The position numbers were made by a program, and so were the translations under genes. A model generated the notes under the pieces. It had not been told where the DNA came from and made no database searches. It worked only from the letters and a program-made list of their open reading frames with translations. A stretch of DNA of 63,891 bases, the filler included, from Candidatus Zhuqueibacterota bacterium (GTDB lineage Bacteria > BS750m-G25): the NCBI GenBank assembly GCA_016783505.1. It is 5 parts of 5 records of this genome, joined end to end, with 100 filler letters (N's around TTAATTAATTAA, not from the genome) between each part and the next. Parts side by side here need not be neighbours in the genome. Positions count along the whole stretch, not along the records: positions 26,488 to 57,649 come from JADHWK010000024.1; positions 57,750 to 63,891 come from JADHWK010000083.1; 3 more parts are not named here. One strand, written 5' to 3'. The first letter of the stretch is position 1, and each line of letters starts with the position of its first letter. Below, one piece after another: positions 50,109-59,697 of the stretch.

Positions 50109-51299
50109 TTAGGAATTCAGAAGTAATTCTTCAAGGACCTTAACATTTCTTTTTAGGTTAAAATCTTTCTCTATTTTGGCTCTCGCCAAGCGACCCAATT
50201 TTTTGCACAAATCAGGATTTTTGATCAATCGCTCAATGACTTGAGCGAGGGTGATTGAATCCTTAGGTTCAACCAAAATTCCGTTTTTCCCATCATCAAT
50301 TAATTCTGGTATTCCGGTAATGTTGGTGGCGATTACGGGCAGTTCCATAGCCATCGCTTCCATCAGTGAGATGGGAATCCCTTCAGAGAGGCTTGGCAGA
50401 ACAAACACAGAGACTTGGAGTAAATAATCACGAATTTTTTCAGGATGGATAGGCCCTAGCAGTTTGACACAATTATGAAGATTTAGGTCTAAGATGTATT
50501 TGTTAAGTATTTCAAAATCTTTACCTCCTCCAATAATTAAACAACTACAAGGTATATTCTTATTTTTCAGAATACTACAAGCCTCGATCAAATATTTTAC
50601 CCCTTTTACGTGTCTTAATGCAGTTACAGATATTATGTTAAAATCTTTCGGATAGGGTACTCCTTTTCTATTGAAATACTCTGTATCAACACCACAATAA
50701 TTTACTTCTATTTTATCTTCGGATAAAGAGAATTTCCGCATCAATACTTTCTTCTTATAGTTGGATATAGTTATAAAAGGTTTTGCTTGTAATATAAGCT
50801 CTTCTAAATAGGGTTCTGGATAGCGAATAAGTTCAGAATGGTGGCCAGTACAACTAAAAGGGATATTAAAAAATTTTGATATTAAATATCCTCTTAATGC
50901 TGCATTTGAAGCAAAATGGCAGTGAATTCTATCCGCACTTTTTACTCCTAAGTCTGGGTAGTTTGAAAAAAAATTAATTGCTTCCCTAATTCCTAGATAT
51001 TTCCTCAAAAAAAACAAATGTTGTAAGGACTTAAACCAATATTTTAAAAAAAGTGAAAGGAGATTAAATAACCGTATTGTTTGTTTAAGATAAATAATTT
51101 TAAAAGGAGCTGATTTTATTAAATTTCTTTCTCCACCCCAAACTGAAATAACAGTAATTTGATGCCCTCTTCTAGACATTTCTATCATTTCATCATGAGC
51201 AACTATTTTATGTTGAGTGGGGTAAGAATTAAGGAAGTATATAATTTTCATATTATTTGTACCTTTATTATAAGTACAATTATTATTGAATTCGATCAA
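50109..51299 (-). CDS. GT4 glycosyltransferase (WcaL-like; likely start at MKIIYFLN)
   Basis: HCHFA, EGIPISLMEAMAM. Confidence 0.88.
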   Translation of the reverse strand: MIEFNNNCTYNKGTNNMKIIYFLNSYPTQHKIVAHDEMIEMSRRGHQITVISVWGGERNLIKSAPFKIIYLKQTIRLFNLLSLFLKYWFKSLQHLFFLRKYLGIREAINFFSNYPDLGVKSADRIHCHFASNAALRGYLISKFFNIPFSCTGHHSELIRYPEPYLEELILQAKPFITISNYKKKVLMRKFSLSEDKIEVNYCGVDTEYFNRKGVPYPKDFNIISVTALRHVKGVKYLIEACSILKNKNIPCSCLIIGGGKDFEILNKYILDLNLHNCVKLLGPIHPEKIRDYLLQVSVFVLPSLSEGIPISLMEAMAMELPVIATNITGIPELIDDGKNGILVEPKDSITLAQVIERLIKNPDLCKKLGRLARAKIEKDFNLKRNVKVLEELLLNS

Positions 51300-51633
51300 T
51301 ACCGAATTCCTTTAGCTGTTGTGCCAGAGCTATTGTAGCTAAAGCGAATTTAAATCCTAAATATTTTTGGGCCTTTTTTAGAAAGTTAAAGTATCGATGG
51401 GTGGAATGTAGGAGGTTACCTAAATTGTTTTTTGCCGTATCTAAATTCAGCTTTGTGGATGGGTAATAAATGCGACCCTTTAAAGCCGCCGGAATTTTAT
51501 CTTTATTTGGTAACTTGCCCCATAAGGGAAAAATAAAAATCTGATGGCAAAGTTTTATCATTTGTATCATCTCATCCTCGGCCACCATTTTATTCTGGGT
51601 GGGGTAAAAATTCAAAAAATAGGCAACCTTCAT
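51283..51633 (-). pseudogene. N-terminal fragment of a paralogous GT4
   Basis: MKVAYFLNFYPTQ matches MKIIYFLNSYPTQ of the next gene; stops at DRI. Confidence 0.7.
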
Positions 51634-52856
51634 CTCAACCTGCCTGACTTTTTCAACGCAGGCAGCCTTAATAATCGAGAATAGAGAAAGTAAGATAAAG
51701 CCAAAAAGTGCAACAGTAGCACTCGAAAAGCATGAACAATTTTGAAAAATACCAGATGAGGTTCAACTTCTTTTATCCGGTAGGCAGAACGCATAACTGA
51801 ATGCTCACTCTCGAGAACAGACCTCTTTATCAAAATTCGATAGGAATTAACAAAATAGTTCAAAAATCCTCGCCCGCCCAGATTAATCAACAGAAGCCGA
51901 CTCAGGGCATAATAAAGCCACCCGGGAACAGACACCCCCCCTTCAAACCAGGGCAAATACCGCTTTATCCGATTTTCAATCGCCAAATTATTTGTTTTCA
52001 ATATTGGTGGAGTCCCAAGTCTCCGTTCGGCAAGGTAAAGAAAGATACAAAGAAAATTTTCCAAATGCAAGTTACGGGCTAATTCTTCGATTCTATTCCA
52101 ATTAATCTCATCCCCATCCCGAAACTTCGGGATAAGGTTCGCCAAATCATATAAATCAGCTAAGCTCTGATTTATAAAATTATGATGGTGATAGGTATTA
52201 TGGACAAATAGTTGATAAAAATGGTCGGTAGGGTTGGGAAAACGAACAGGAACCTTGTCCTGTACCACGGTGCAACTATTCCAGAAGGACTCCCAGTCGG
52301 GATAATAAAATCGATAACTTCGGGGTTGAAATATTTGAAGGTCAATAAATCCGGCTGAATCCGGTTTGGTAAAATGAAAATCCCCCTCTCCCCCCTTTTT
52401 ATAACCTAGATCCCCCAAAATTTCTATCGCTTTTTCATCCTCCCCCTCTCTGACGATAATGTCAACGTCATCCATGATCCTCACCGATTCCATGGGGGGG
52501 GTCCCGAACAAAAACACAGCGCCCTTCCATACAATCACGTGAAGACCCTCCTGGAAGAAAGCCCCCAGCACCCCAACCAATTCCCTTTTCAACAGGAAGT
52601 TTCTGGCCAAATTTTGATAGTAACCCGCTTCCAACCTCTGGAAGAGTTGAGGAAAATGGGAAGAAGCTATTCCAAGCTGTCTCAGTCTCCAAAAAAGAAG
52701 GGGAACAACTCGGTTTTCCTCTGCACACTGGAGAAATGCATCCAACCCAAACGGTTCCCCTTTTAAATCTAATAATAATTTTTCAGCAGACTGGCGGGAT
52801 AAATCAACTCTCAAAAAATTTAATATAACCCTCCTGGTTTTATATTGAACACCCAA
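51630..52856 (-). CDS. Nucleotidyltransferase (NTP_transf_5-like)
   Basis: WKGA...RIMDDVDI...LGY; HNTYHH, DLYDL, INW. Confidence 0.82.
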   Translation of the reverse strand: MGVQYKTRRVILNFLRVDLSRQSAEKLLLDLKGEPFGLDAFLQCAEENRVVPLLFWRLRQLGIASSHFPQLFQRLEAGYYQNLARNFLLKRELVGVLGAFFQEGLHVIVWKGAVFLFGTPPMESVRIMDDVDIIVREGEDEKAIEILGDLGYKKGGEGDFHFTKPDSAGFIDLQIFQPRSYRFYYPDWESFWNSCTVVQDKVPVRFPNPTDHFYQLFVHNTYHHHNFINQSLADLYDLANLIPKFRDGDEINWNRIEELARNLHLENFLCIFLYLAERRLGTPPILKTNNLAIENRIKRYLPWFEGGVSVPGWLYYALSRLLLINLGGRGFLNYFVNSYRILIKRSVLESEHSVMRSAYRIKEVEPHLVFFKIVHAFRVLLLHFLALSYFLYSRLLRLPALKKSGRLR

Positions 52857-52881
52857 TTTAAGGCTTTCTGAATAAACCTAC

Positions 52882-54030
52882 TTAAGCAAAATTTTCCACC
52901 TCCTGAACGACCCGGGCCAGGGCTTGCCTTCGGCTTCGGAAAACCCCCGGAAATTTCCTTCGCAGGGAGGCGGCGATCTGGCCTGAAGATTTCTTTCCAT
53001 TGAAGGATGACAGAATCCAGGCCTGAATCCTTCCCTCTAAGGAAGCTTGGGGTTTATAGGCATCAGAAAGTTTTGGAAGCCCCTCTCTTTTCAAAGGAAA
53101 ACCCCGAAAAGTGCTGCCTTCTACAGTTTGTTGACCTGTTTTAACCCGCCAGTTGAACCATCCCTCCCGTGTGTATTTCGGCAGTTGGCACGAGAAGTCA
53201 ACCTCAACCACCTGATCCTTTTTCACCCGCAGGGGTTGGGATAATGGAAAAAAGGATTGATGCCAGAGATTCTGTGGGGACATGGGCGAATTGGAGAGCA
53301 TGACGCTGGGGGACAGCCGGGCGTCAAACCACCCAGCAATCCCGTTAAGCTCCCCGTCCTCCTTGATTTTATAGGAAACCGTGGTATGGAACTCGTAGGG
53401 GTCATTAGCCGCCAATGAAATTTTATGAACCCTGACCGGTTCGCCGAGCAAATACTCCGCTTTTATCCTTTTCTGATAATAATTATTGAAAACCATCAGA
53501 CGGGTCGGGCTGAAATCTATTCCGTAAACCTTTTCCTTCTTTGTAGCCCATATGTCAATTTCACCATAAACCAGTGGAGCTTGGCAGGGGGCCAGATAGA
53601 TAAAGATTTCCGATGGAATCAAACAACCGTCTTGCTTGAGGAACCGTCTTTTGGCATCCTGATAGATCCCCTCCACCCCACCGCAGACAAAGAGGCTGCT
53701 GAAATCTTCGAAGATAAGGACATCTACCTTCTCGGGTAGCTTAACCCGTTGGGATCGGCCATGGAGAAAGACAATGCGATCCTCCAGACCGTTGGCCCTG
53801 GCAATATCCTCGGCCACGTGAATAATGTCCTCAGACTCAATGGCATAGACCCGGGCCGCCCCCGCCTGACAGGCAAAAATAGCGTAGGTTCCCAACCCCG
53901 TTCCGATCTCAACTACCTTATCCCCCTCCTTTACCTCTTCCAGGATCCCTTTTCGATAGGCCTGAATTCGAACCCTATCGTTGGCCATCTGCCGATAATC
54001 ATTGATCAAGGCCATAGGTTTTATCACCAA
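52882..54030 (-). CDS. PRMT-fold (protein arginine methyltransferase-like) SAM methyltransferase
   Basis: M.ND..R..AY, VVEIGTGLG, GAARVYAIE, EKVDVLIFE, GWFDA.L, LSNSP...W.Q.FFPL. Confidence 0.82.
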   Translation of the reverse strand: MVIKPMALINDYRQMANDRVRIQAYRKGILEEVKEGDKVVEIGTGLGTYAIFACQAGAARVYAIESEDIIHVAEDIARANGLEDRIVFLHGRSQRVKLPEKVDVLIFEDFSSLFVCGGVEGIYQDAKRRFLKQDGCLIPSEIFIYLAPCQAPLVYGEIDIWATKKEKVYGIDFSPTRLMVFNNYYQKRIKAEYLLGEPVRVHKISLAANDPYEFHTTVSYKIKEDGELNGIAGWFDARLSPSVMLSNSPMSPQNLWHQSFFPLSQPLRVKKDQVVEVDFSCQLPKYTREGWFNWRVKTGQQTVEGSTFRGFPLKREGLPKLSDAYKPQASLEGRIQAWILSSFNGKKSSGQIAASLRRKFPGVFRSRRQALARVVQEVENFA

Positions 54031-54102
54031 ATTCTAAAGCACAAAGCGTTAAACTCGGTGTAATTGAATGCTATACCACTGGAAAAATCAATTAGACGAT
54101 AT

Positions 54103-54208
54103 CGTAGCCGGTTTATCGGTAACGCTGCCCGCCCCGTTGAGTAGTAGAACTTACTCCACGGGGCCCGTATCGGTTCTGGGTAACGGTATCCGGCAAAACC
54201 GGGCTACG
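54103..54208. repeat. GTAG-type REP-like palindrome with nested hairpin
   Basis: CGTAGCCGGTTT...AAAACCGGGCTACG enclosing GCCCCGTTGAGTA...TACTCCACGGGGC. Confidence 0.55.
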
Positions 54209-54407
54209 AATACCTAATACCGGGCATCAATACGGGTTACGTTAACGGTAAACGATATACGATCATCGGTCTGGCGCCCGACTGATAAGACGAACGATGC
54301 ATTCTAAGACATCTCTATATTGAAAAATACAATATTTTAGTGATTACTTTAGTATTGGAAGGTTGGGACCTATTCATCCATAACTCATCCATCATTCCAC
54401 TCTTCCC

Positions 54408-55343
54408 CTATCCAGTCAATTCTTCAATTATTCCCACCGCCTCATCCGCATCCCGGTAGGAAAGTTTATACCCCCGACAACCCCGGGCCAAATTTGGGAG
54501 AATGTCAAACCATCCCCCCCTGAACTGATCGAAGTTAAACGAATGTTCTATCAGACCTGTAATTATCCCGGCCTGACCAATGGGCTCAAGGCCGGTCTCT
54601 CTGGTGCGATCATACTGGGGAAAAACTACGTAATTTAACTTTAATCCTTTGGCAGGAAAAGGATATTCCTTGATCGCTCGGGGGTTAAGGTAGAAGATTT
54701 TTTGGGGACGATACTCCTCGTCAGGTTCAGAATACGAAAAATCTAAATTCCCAATACAATCACCGGAGCGGCTCGCCCTGACAACAAAATTTCTCGGGTA
54801 GGGAAACAAAAGAAGCGAATCGGGGTCAATCAGCACTACTTCATCCGACAGAACATTATACCCGCGCTTGAGCAAAGCCAGCACCAAGCTGGTCTTCCCG
54901 GCCCCATTACCGCCGGGAAAGATGATCGTTCTCTCATTTCTCTCGACCCCCCCCGCATGAAGCTGATAATACCCGTCCAGGTTTTTGAGAATTTGCTCGG
55001 TAACTATCCATTCCAGCATGGGAAAGGAATGTTCGAGGCATTCTCCTTTATAGACGACCCGGTGATTTCTATAAACGTTTACACCTTCCCCATTCCCTCC
55101 AACCCTGGGGCGGATCTTTATAGCAAATGTGGCCATTGGCGTAATATCACCATTTGTCCTGGAGCTTGGATATACGCCCGCTGAAATGTGGGGGGCCAAT
55201 TCGCTTGGATAACGAAGTTGAAAGGGATAATGATAAACCTTATAATTTTGAAAACAGTCCATCTTGGATAATTGGATATTTGGATAAATGAGTGGGTATG
55301 GTTGCTCTACGTTTTCAGTATAAATGAAATTTTTACAAAGCAA
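54408..55343 (-). CDS. HprK-related kinase (probable start near MDCF, ~55263)
   Basis: LHAGGV, GGNGAGKTSL, GY..LSDE, PYPR. Confidence 0.85.
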   Translation of the reverse strand: MLCKNFIYTENVEQPYPLIYPNIQLSKMDCFQNYKVYHYPFQLRYPSELAPHISAGVYPSSRTNGDITPMATFAIKIRPRVGGNGEGVNVYRNHRVVYKGECLEHSFPMLEWIVTEQILKNLDGYYQLHAGGVERNERTIIFPGGNGAGKTSLVLALLKRGYNVLSDEVVLIDPDSLLLFPYPRNFVVRASRSGDCIGNLDFSYSEPDEEYRPQKIFYLNPRAIKEYPFPAKGLKLNYVVFPQYDRTRETGLEPIGQAGIITGLIEHSFNFDQFRGGWFDILPNLARGCRGYKLSYRDADEAVGIIEELTG

Positions 55344-55463
55344 AAATTTGGATGCGAGTCAGCAAACCTTTTAAAAGTTATTCGCCGGGGATAGGATCAA
55401 CCTGCTTTTTTCTGCCGTTCATAATTTCAGAACTCAAGATAAATGAATCTTAAAGGAGATTTC

Positions 55464-56126
55464 TCATTGCTTCATCTCCCAGATAAACTCTTTCCAGAAT
55501 TTTTTTTCTGCCTTATCAGGTTTTCCATCAGGATTTTCTCTATCATATTCCCATCTTAACGAATTGTTGATGATGTATTCACGAATTCGATTTAATTCAT
55601 TTTCATTTCGGATGACGTGCTCGTAATAATTGCGTTGCCATACGGGTGCCCCAGGGGTATGGCGCATTTCGTTGATTTGTTTGGTGACGGTGGATTTAAA
55701 TCCCCGGATGATGATTGGTATTGATCCCGAAACCGGTTTACCGAATGATTCATGTTTTGGGTTACGATTTGTTGGGGCACGATGCATCGTGCCCCTACCA
55801 CAGATATCAACAATAAACAATATTCCGTGTAAATGGTTTGGCATAATGATGTGTACATCCAATTCAATATTATGGCGCATTTGGGCGGTTTTTAACCACT
55901 CAGTTTCAACGATTTTGCTATATTCATTAAAATGCATTTTGCCATTGATCACATTGCCCAACATGCATTCCCTATTGTATGCACAAATTGTAATAAAATA
56001 TGCTCCGGGTTGTGAATAATCATAATTTCTCAACCTGATTGACCGCCTGTGATGTTTTTCTTTATTATCCATTATCAACCTAAACTGTGTTCTCCAATTT
56101 TTCCTGTCATTATATTCAGAACTCAT
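55464..56126 (-). mobile_element. REP-associated tyrosine transposase (RAYT, Y1/HUH)
   Basis: RRSIRL..YDYS..GAYFITIC, MPNHLHGI, WQRNYYEHVIR, YI.NN. Confidence 0.9.
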
Positions 56127-56222
56127 GACAAATAAATCTGAAAAAGGTTGGATTTTAATTTGCCAGCGACTATTTGCTTTCGGTAAGGCGCCCGACTCAA
56201 TTGACCGAATTCTCTATCGCTT

Positions 56223-56513
56223 TCAACGAACATCACTATAATTTACCAAGAGACCCTTTTTTGAAAAAGAGCCCACCGTCTTTATGACCTCTTCCAAAAC
56301 TTTAGCATTCTCAGGTCGGAAGCCCCGAGTTATCCCGTCGGCAATTCCCTTGATGGAATGGGTGCCATCCGACATACACCAGATATAAGCAGCGATAGGG
56401 TTTAACGTATGAACTTTTCCCTTTTCGGATTCATAAAGTATACAGCCGTCATCCAACTCACGGAAAAGCACATCCCCCCGCACCTTTGGTTTATAATTCT
56501 GGTCTATCTTCAT
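56223..56513 (-). CDS. PqqD-family RiPP recognition element (RRE)
   Basis: FRELDDGCILY...VHTLN..A.YIW...DG, KKGLL; 96 aa. Confidence 0.88.
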   Translation of the reverse strand: MKIDQNYKPKVRGDVLFRELDDGCILYESEKGKVHTLNPIAAYIWCMSDGTHSIKGIADGITRGFRPENAKVLEEVIKTVGSFSKKGLLVNYSDVR

Positions 56514-56695
56514 GTCCCGGAAATTTTCCTGGTGTCCCTGAATTAGTCAAAATACCATAACAAAATAAATAAACGAAAACCGACCCCAAGGGTCGGTTCG
56601 ATGTAAAATTTTCGATTGTCATTCTCCTCGCTACCGCCGCATATACACAGACTCGTGTTGGAGTCCATAAAAAATACCCCCATCCCTGAGCTTGT

Positions 56696-56866
56696 CTATG
56701 GCGGGCCTGGAGGTGCTGGCTCCCACCACCCATGGGGGGTATGTTTATGTCCATGCCCCCCCTCCTGAGCCCAAAGGTCTCCGATGCGATAGGTTAAAAT
56801 CACAGGCACCGAGTAAGCACAGGTCTTGACCAATTTTTTCAAAAATTCTCGCTTTGACTTATCCAT
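56696..56866 (-). CDS. Putative RiPP precursor peptide, 56 aa (not in the ORF track)
   Basis: Hand translation MDKSKREFLKKLVKTCAYSVPVILTYRIGDLWAQEGGHGHKHTPHGWWEPAPPGPP*; RBS AGGA; YxxP motif; directly upstream of PqqD. Confidence 0.75.
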   Translation of the reverse strand: MDKSKREFLKKLVKTCAYSVPVILTYRIGDLWAQEGGHGHKHTPHGWWEPAPPGPP

Positions 56867-56897
56867 AATCCTGCCAATTTTTTTACTTTAACGAAAT

Positions 56898-56926
56898 AAT
56901 ATAATAAATTTAAATCTATTTGTCAA
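56898..56926 (-). promoter_or_regulatory. Sigma70-type promoter of the peptide/PqqD operon
   Basis: Minus strand TTGACA-17 bp-TATATT, ~30 bp upstream of the peptide ATG. Confidence 0.7.
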
Positions 56927-57649
56927 GAGAAAAAATCCATACCTTTACTGCGGTAGAGAGTGCGTCGGTGGTCATATCCATTGAAGAGGCTAACACAGCA
57001 GGTTGGGTCAGCCAGTATGCCTATGCCTGGGATACCACCAGCTACCAATATGCACCCATAACCCCAGATGACTTATCCAATGCCGATACCATATCGGTCT
57101 GGCAGGGTTTCTGGACGGTTAAATTGGATGTGGCCCCCCCCTGCACCCTGCTGGTTCCCCCCACGGAGATCACCCCCAAAGCAGCCCCGGCCAGACCCCA
57201 GTGGCTGAACGACCATCTGGGGAAAGAAAACCCCCACCTTCCCCTTCAATTAGATGAATCCTGGTTCCTCCAATTAGTTGTACAATCTGAAACTGGATAC
57301 CCAAGGGATACCTACAGTGGGGTTGGGGTGGCCCCCGATGCCCTGGCCGGGTATGACCGCCATGATGCCTTTGAGTTCACCCCCGCGGTGTCTTACTTTG
57401 TTCAGCTATACTTCCCCCACCACGATCCCGGGGATACCGAGAACTACTGGTCTGACCAGCCCTACCGCTACACCTATGACATCCGGGACACCGAATTGAC
57501 CCAGCCGGAATGGAAATTCTATGTCTACCAATACGGGGCCCCCGGGGATTATCGCTTAAGCGGGCTTGGCTTCAGGCTGATCCCCCAGACTATCCTGCTG
57601 TCCCTCCACGACGACGCAGGAATGGTCCTGGTGGATGATCTACGACAGG
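56920..57649 (+). CDS. Fragment of a large secreted/surface protein (5' end probably missing, 3' cut by contig end)
   Basis: YAWD...Y, WQGFW, GYD..DAFEF..., LYFPH, YTYDIR, W.F.V; no signal peptide. Confidence 0.5.
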
Positions 57650-57749
57650 NNNNNNNNNNNNNNNNNNNNNNNNNNNNNNNNNNNNNNNNNNNNTTAATTA
57701 ATTAANNNNNNNNNNNNNNNNNNNNNNNNNNNNNNNNNNNNNNNNNNNN
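57650..57749. other. Artificial contig linker
   Basis: N-run, TTAATTAATTAA, N-run. Confidence 0.99.
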
Positions 57750-58404
57750 TATCTAACGGGGTAAATGTTATCCAGTTCAAACTGTCCCCCACCGCAATCA
57801 GCGTTCCTCTTACCTTCAGCTTATAAAATCCGTCCCCGGCCGGGTCTGTCGAAAACCTGATTACCGCCCCCGGTTCTATGGTCAAGGTTACAGCTTCGGG
57901 AACTTCAACATCTCTGGTTAATATGTAGTGGCGGTTAGATTCCCAGATGGTATTTTCAGTCAAAGCACCGATTACTTGCCTCTCGGACAACAAGTTTATA
58001 GTCGGCAGTTCATAGTTGTTAGTTGATAATGAAACATCGAACGTATAGTGGTAGCCAAAACCGATTTTTTTGTAAACAACAATATAATCATTATAAGGAA
58101 TATTTTCAAGTGAAAAGTTTCCGTTCTGCTCAGTAGTGGTCTCAAATTCAGGGTAATGTGACCGATGGTCGAATTCTGTTCGTTGAGAAATAATAACCCC
58201 GATGTTGGGGTGTTCTTGATTTATGGCAACCATATCAGGATCGAGTTCAATAGGCTCATATAAGGAAATGGTAATTCCAGAATGGTTAGACATTCCTTCT
58301 AAGGTTACTTGTCCAGAAATGGTGCCTTCGTCAGTATCGGTATTGAATAATTTGGAACAATTAAGGAATAGGAAGATGGTAAATAAGGGTAAAATTTTAG
58401 TCAT
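57750..58404 (-). CDS. Lipoprotein with carboxypeptidase-regulatory-like domain and start of a parallel beta-helix; interrupted by a MITE end at the contig break
   Basis: Lipobox FLNC; ISGQV, GNFSLENIP, VTLTIEPG.VIRF, GTLIA.G...ITFT; TATCTAACGGGG at 57750. Confidence 0.7.
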
Positions 58405-58617
58405 AGATTAAAAGGGGGAAAAGGTTCCCTTACCAGTTTAACGGTGGCGATACCCGTCAAGGAATATAGTGCACACAAATCCCAGAGGGTATTCAGGATC
58501 ATTAACATCGTTCCCATCAGTCGGGCGTCAGTCAGCCGCCTGACTTGACCTGACCGATTCCAAATCATTTTAAACCATTTGGTAATTAAGTAATTAAGTT
58601 ATTGCCTGCCCCGTTCA

Positions 58618-58721
58618 CCCTGTTAAATAATAAAATTAATTCATTTAGTTTAACCTTACTGCCTTAAATAATTTTTCAGCCTGTTTCTTAAGAAATAACC
58701 AATTGTAAATATTTAACAGGG
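58618..58721. mobile_element. ~100-bp MITE (TIR CCCTGTTAAATA) nested in other palindromic repeats
   Basis: CCCTGTTAAATA...TATTTAACAGGG; same TIR at 63372 and 63767. Confidence 0.75.
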
Positions 58722-58901
58722 TAAAATCCTACGAAGGATTTATCCCGTGAAATTGAACGAAGTGAATTATTTCACTGGGAGGTATTTCATCGGGGAGTTA
58801 TTAAGTCCTTGGGTTATTAGGTCAATAAGCGCCGTGCGTAGTCCGTAGGGCGGTAAACGTTAAATCGACGTTACTTACAGAGGCATAGATAATCCAAGGT
58901 C

Positions 58902-59183
58902 TCAGCCACCTGCAATCTGCCGTTGAATGTTTGATGTTGGCAGGCCCTGTTTCTCAAGCGCAGCATAGAGTTCTCGAACGCCCAGTCCCAGCTCGTTGGC
59001 AAAATATTCCAGGCTGATCCTGCCAGCTTCAAACTCCCGATATAGTTGCTCCAGGCGATGCTCGAAGCCCAAATTGATCAACTCAGCCAGGTGCTGGCCT
59101 ACCTCGCCAATAGCACCACTGGCTTTGCGTCGCTCGGCCGACCGCAAAATCTCTTCCTTAATCGGAACTACCACTTTTGGCAT
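58902..59183 (-). CDS. UPF0175-like HTH antitoxin
   Basis: GRISLEYFANELGL..RELY..L...GL; coupled to PIN gene. Confidence 0.65.
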   Translation of the reverse strand: MPKVVVPIKEEILRSAERRKASGAIGEVGQHLAELINLGFEHRLEQLYREFEAGRISLEYFANELGLGVRELYAALEKQGLPTSNIQRQIAGG

Positions 59184-59697
59184 CTTTTTTTACCTCACGT
59201 AATTTCTCCAGGCTATACTCGATTACCCCAGCCCGATAACGCGGCCGAATCACCTCAAGTATAGTCCTTGCCAGCCTACTTGTCAACAGCCCTCGGCTCA
59301 TTAACTCGATCACCAGATCAGGAAGCATCCATACTGCCAACCCCAGTCGTGTCGCGGTAACAAACGCCAGATGATCATCCGTAACGAGCGCTTGCACATT
59401 CGGTTCCTGACCACACAGTCCGATGCTATCTCGCTCGCCATCTCCCAGCGCATATTCGTGCAAATGACGGTCCCAGCGCCTGGCGCTTACACTGACGACC
59501 CGAATCCTGCCATCCGCTATGCGTTCGCCTGCCGCCACACCATCGGGATATATGGCGCCCATTATGGCTACCTCCTCTTCCACAGACGGCGGAATCAGGA
59601 CCCTGCAATCCGTGAGCAGATGGTCAATCACCAGTTTTTTCTCAACTTCAAACTTACAGGCTGTGATCAGCGGGCCGGCATCGAACACCACGTTCAT
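59158..59697 (-). CDS. PIN-domain protein (DUF3368-like)
   Basis: VVFDAGPLI, PSVEEE, LGDGE, LVTDD. Confidence 0.8.
   Translation of the reverse strand: MNVVFDAGPLITACKFEVEKKLVIDHLLTDCRVLIPPSVEEEVAIMGAIYPDGVAAGERIADGRIRVVSVSARRWDRHLHEYALGDGERDSIGLCGQEPNVQALVTDDHLAFVTATRLGLAVWMLPDLVIELMSRGLLTSRLARTILEVIRPRYRAGVIEYSLEKLREVKKDAKSGSSD

Noticed and set aside
56491-56754. 87-aa ORF upstream of PqqD as the precursor
   Set aside because: Alternative frame with no leader motif; the 56-aa frame has a promoter, RBS and YxxP
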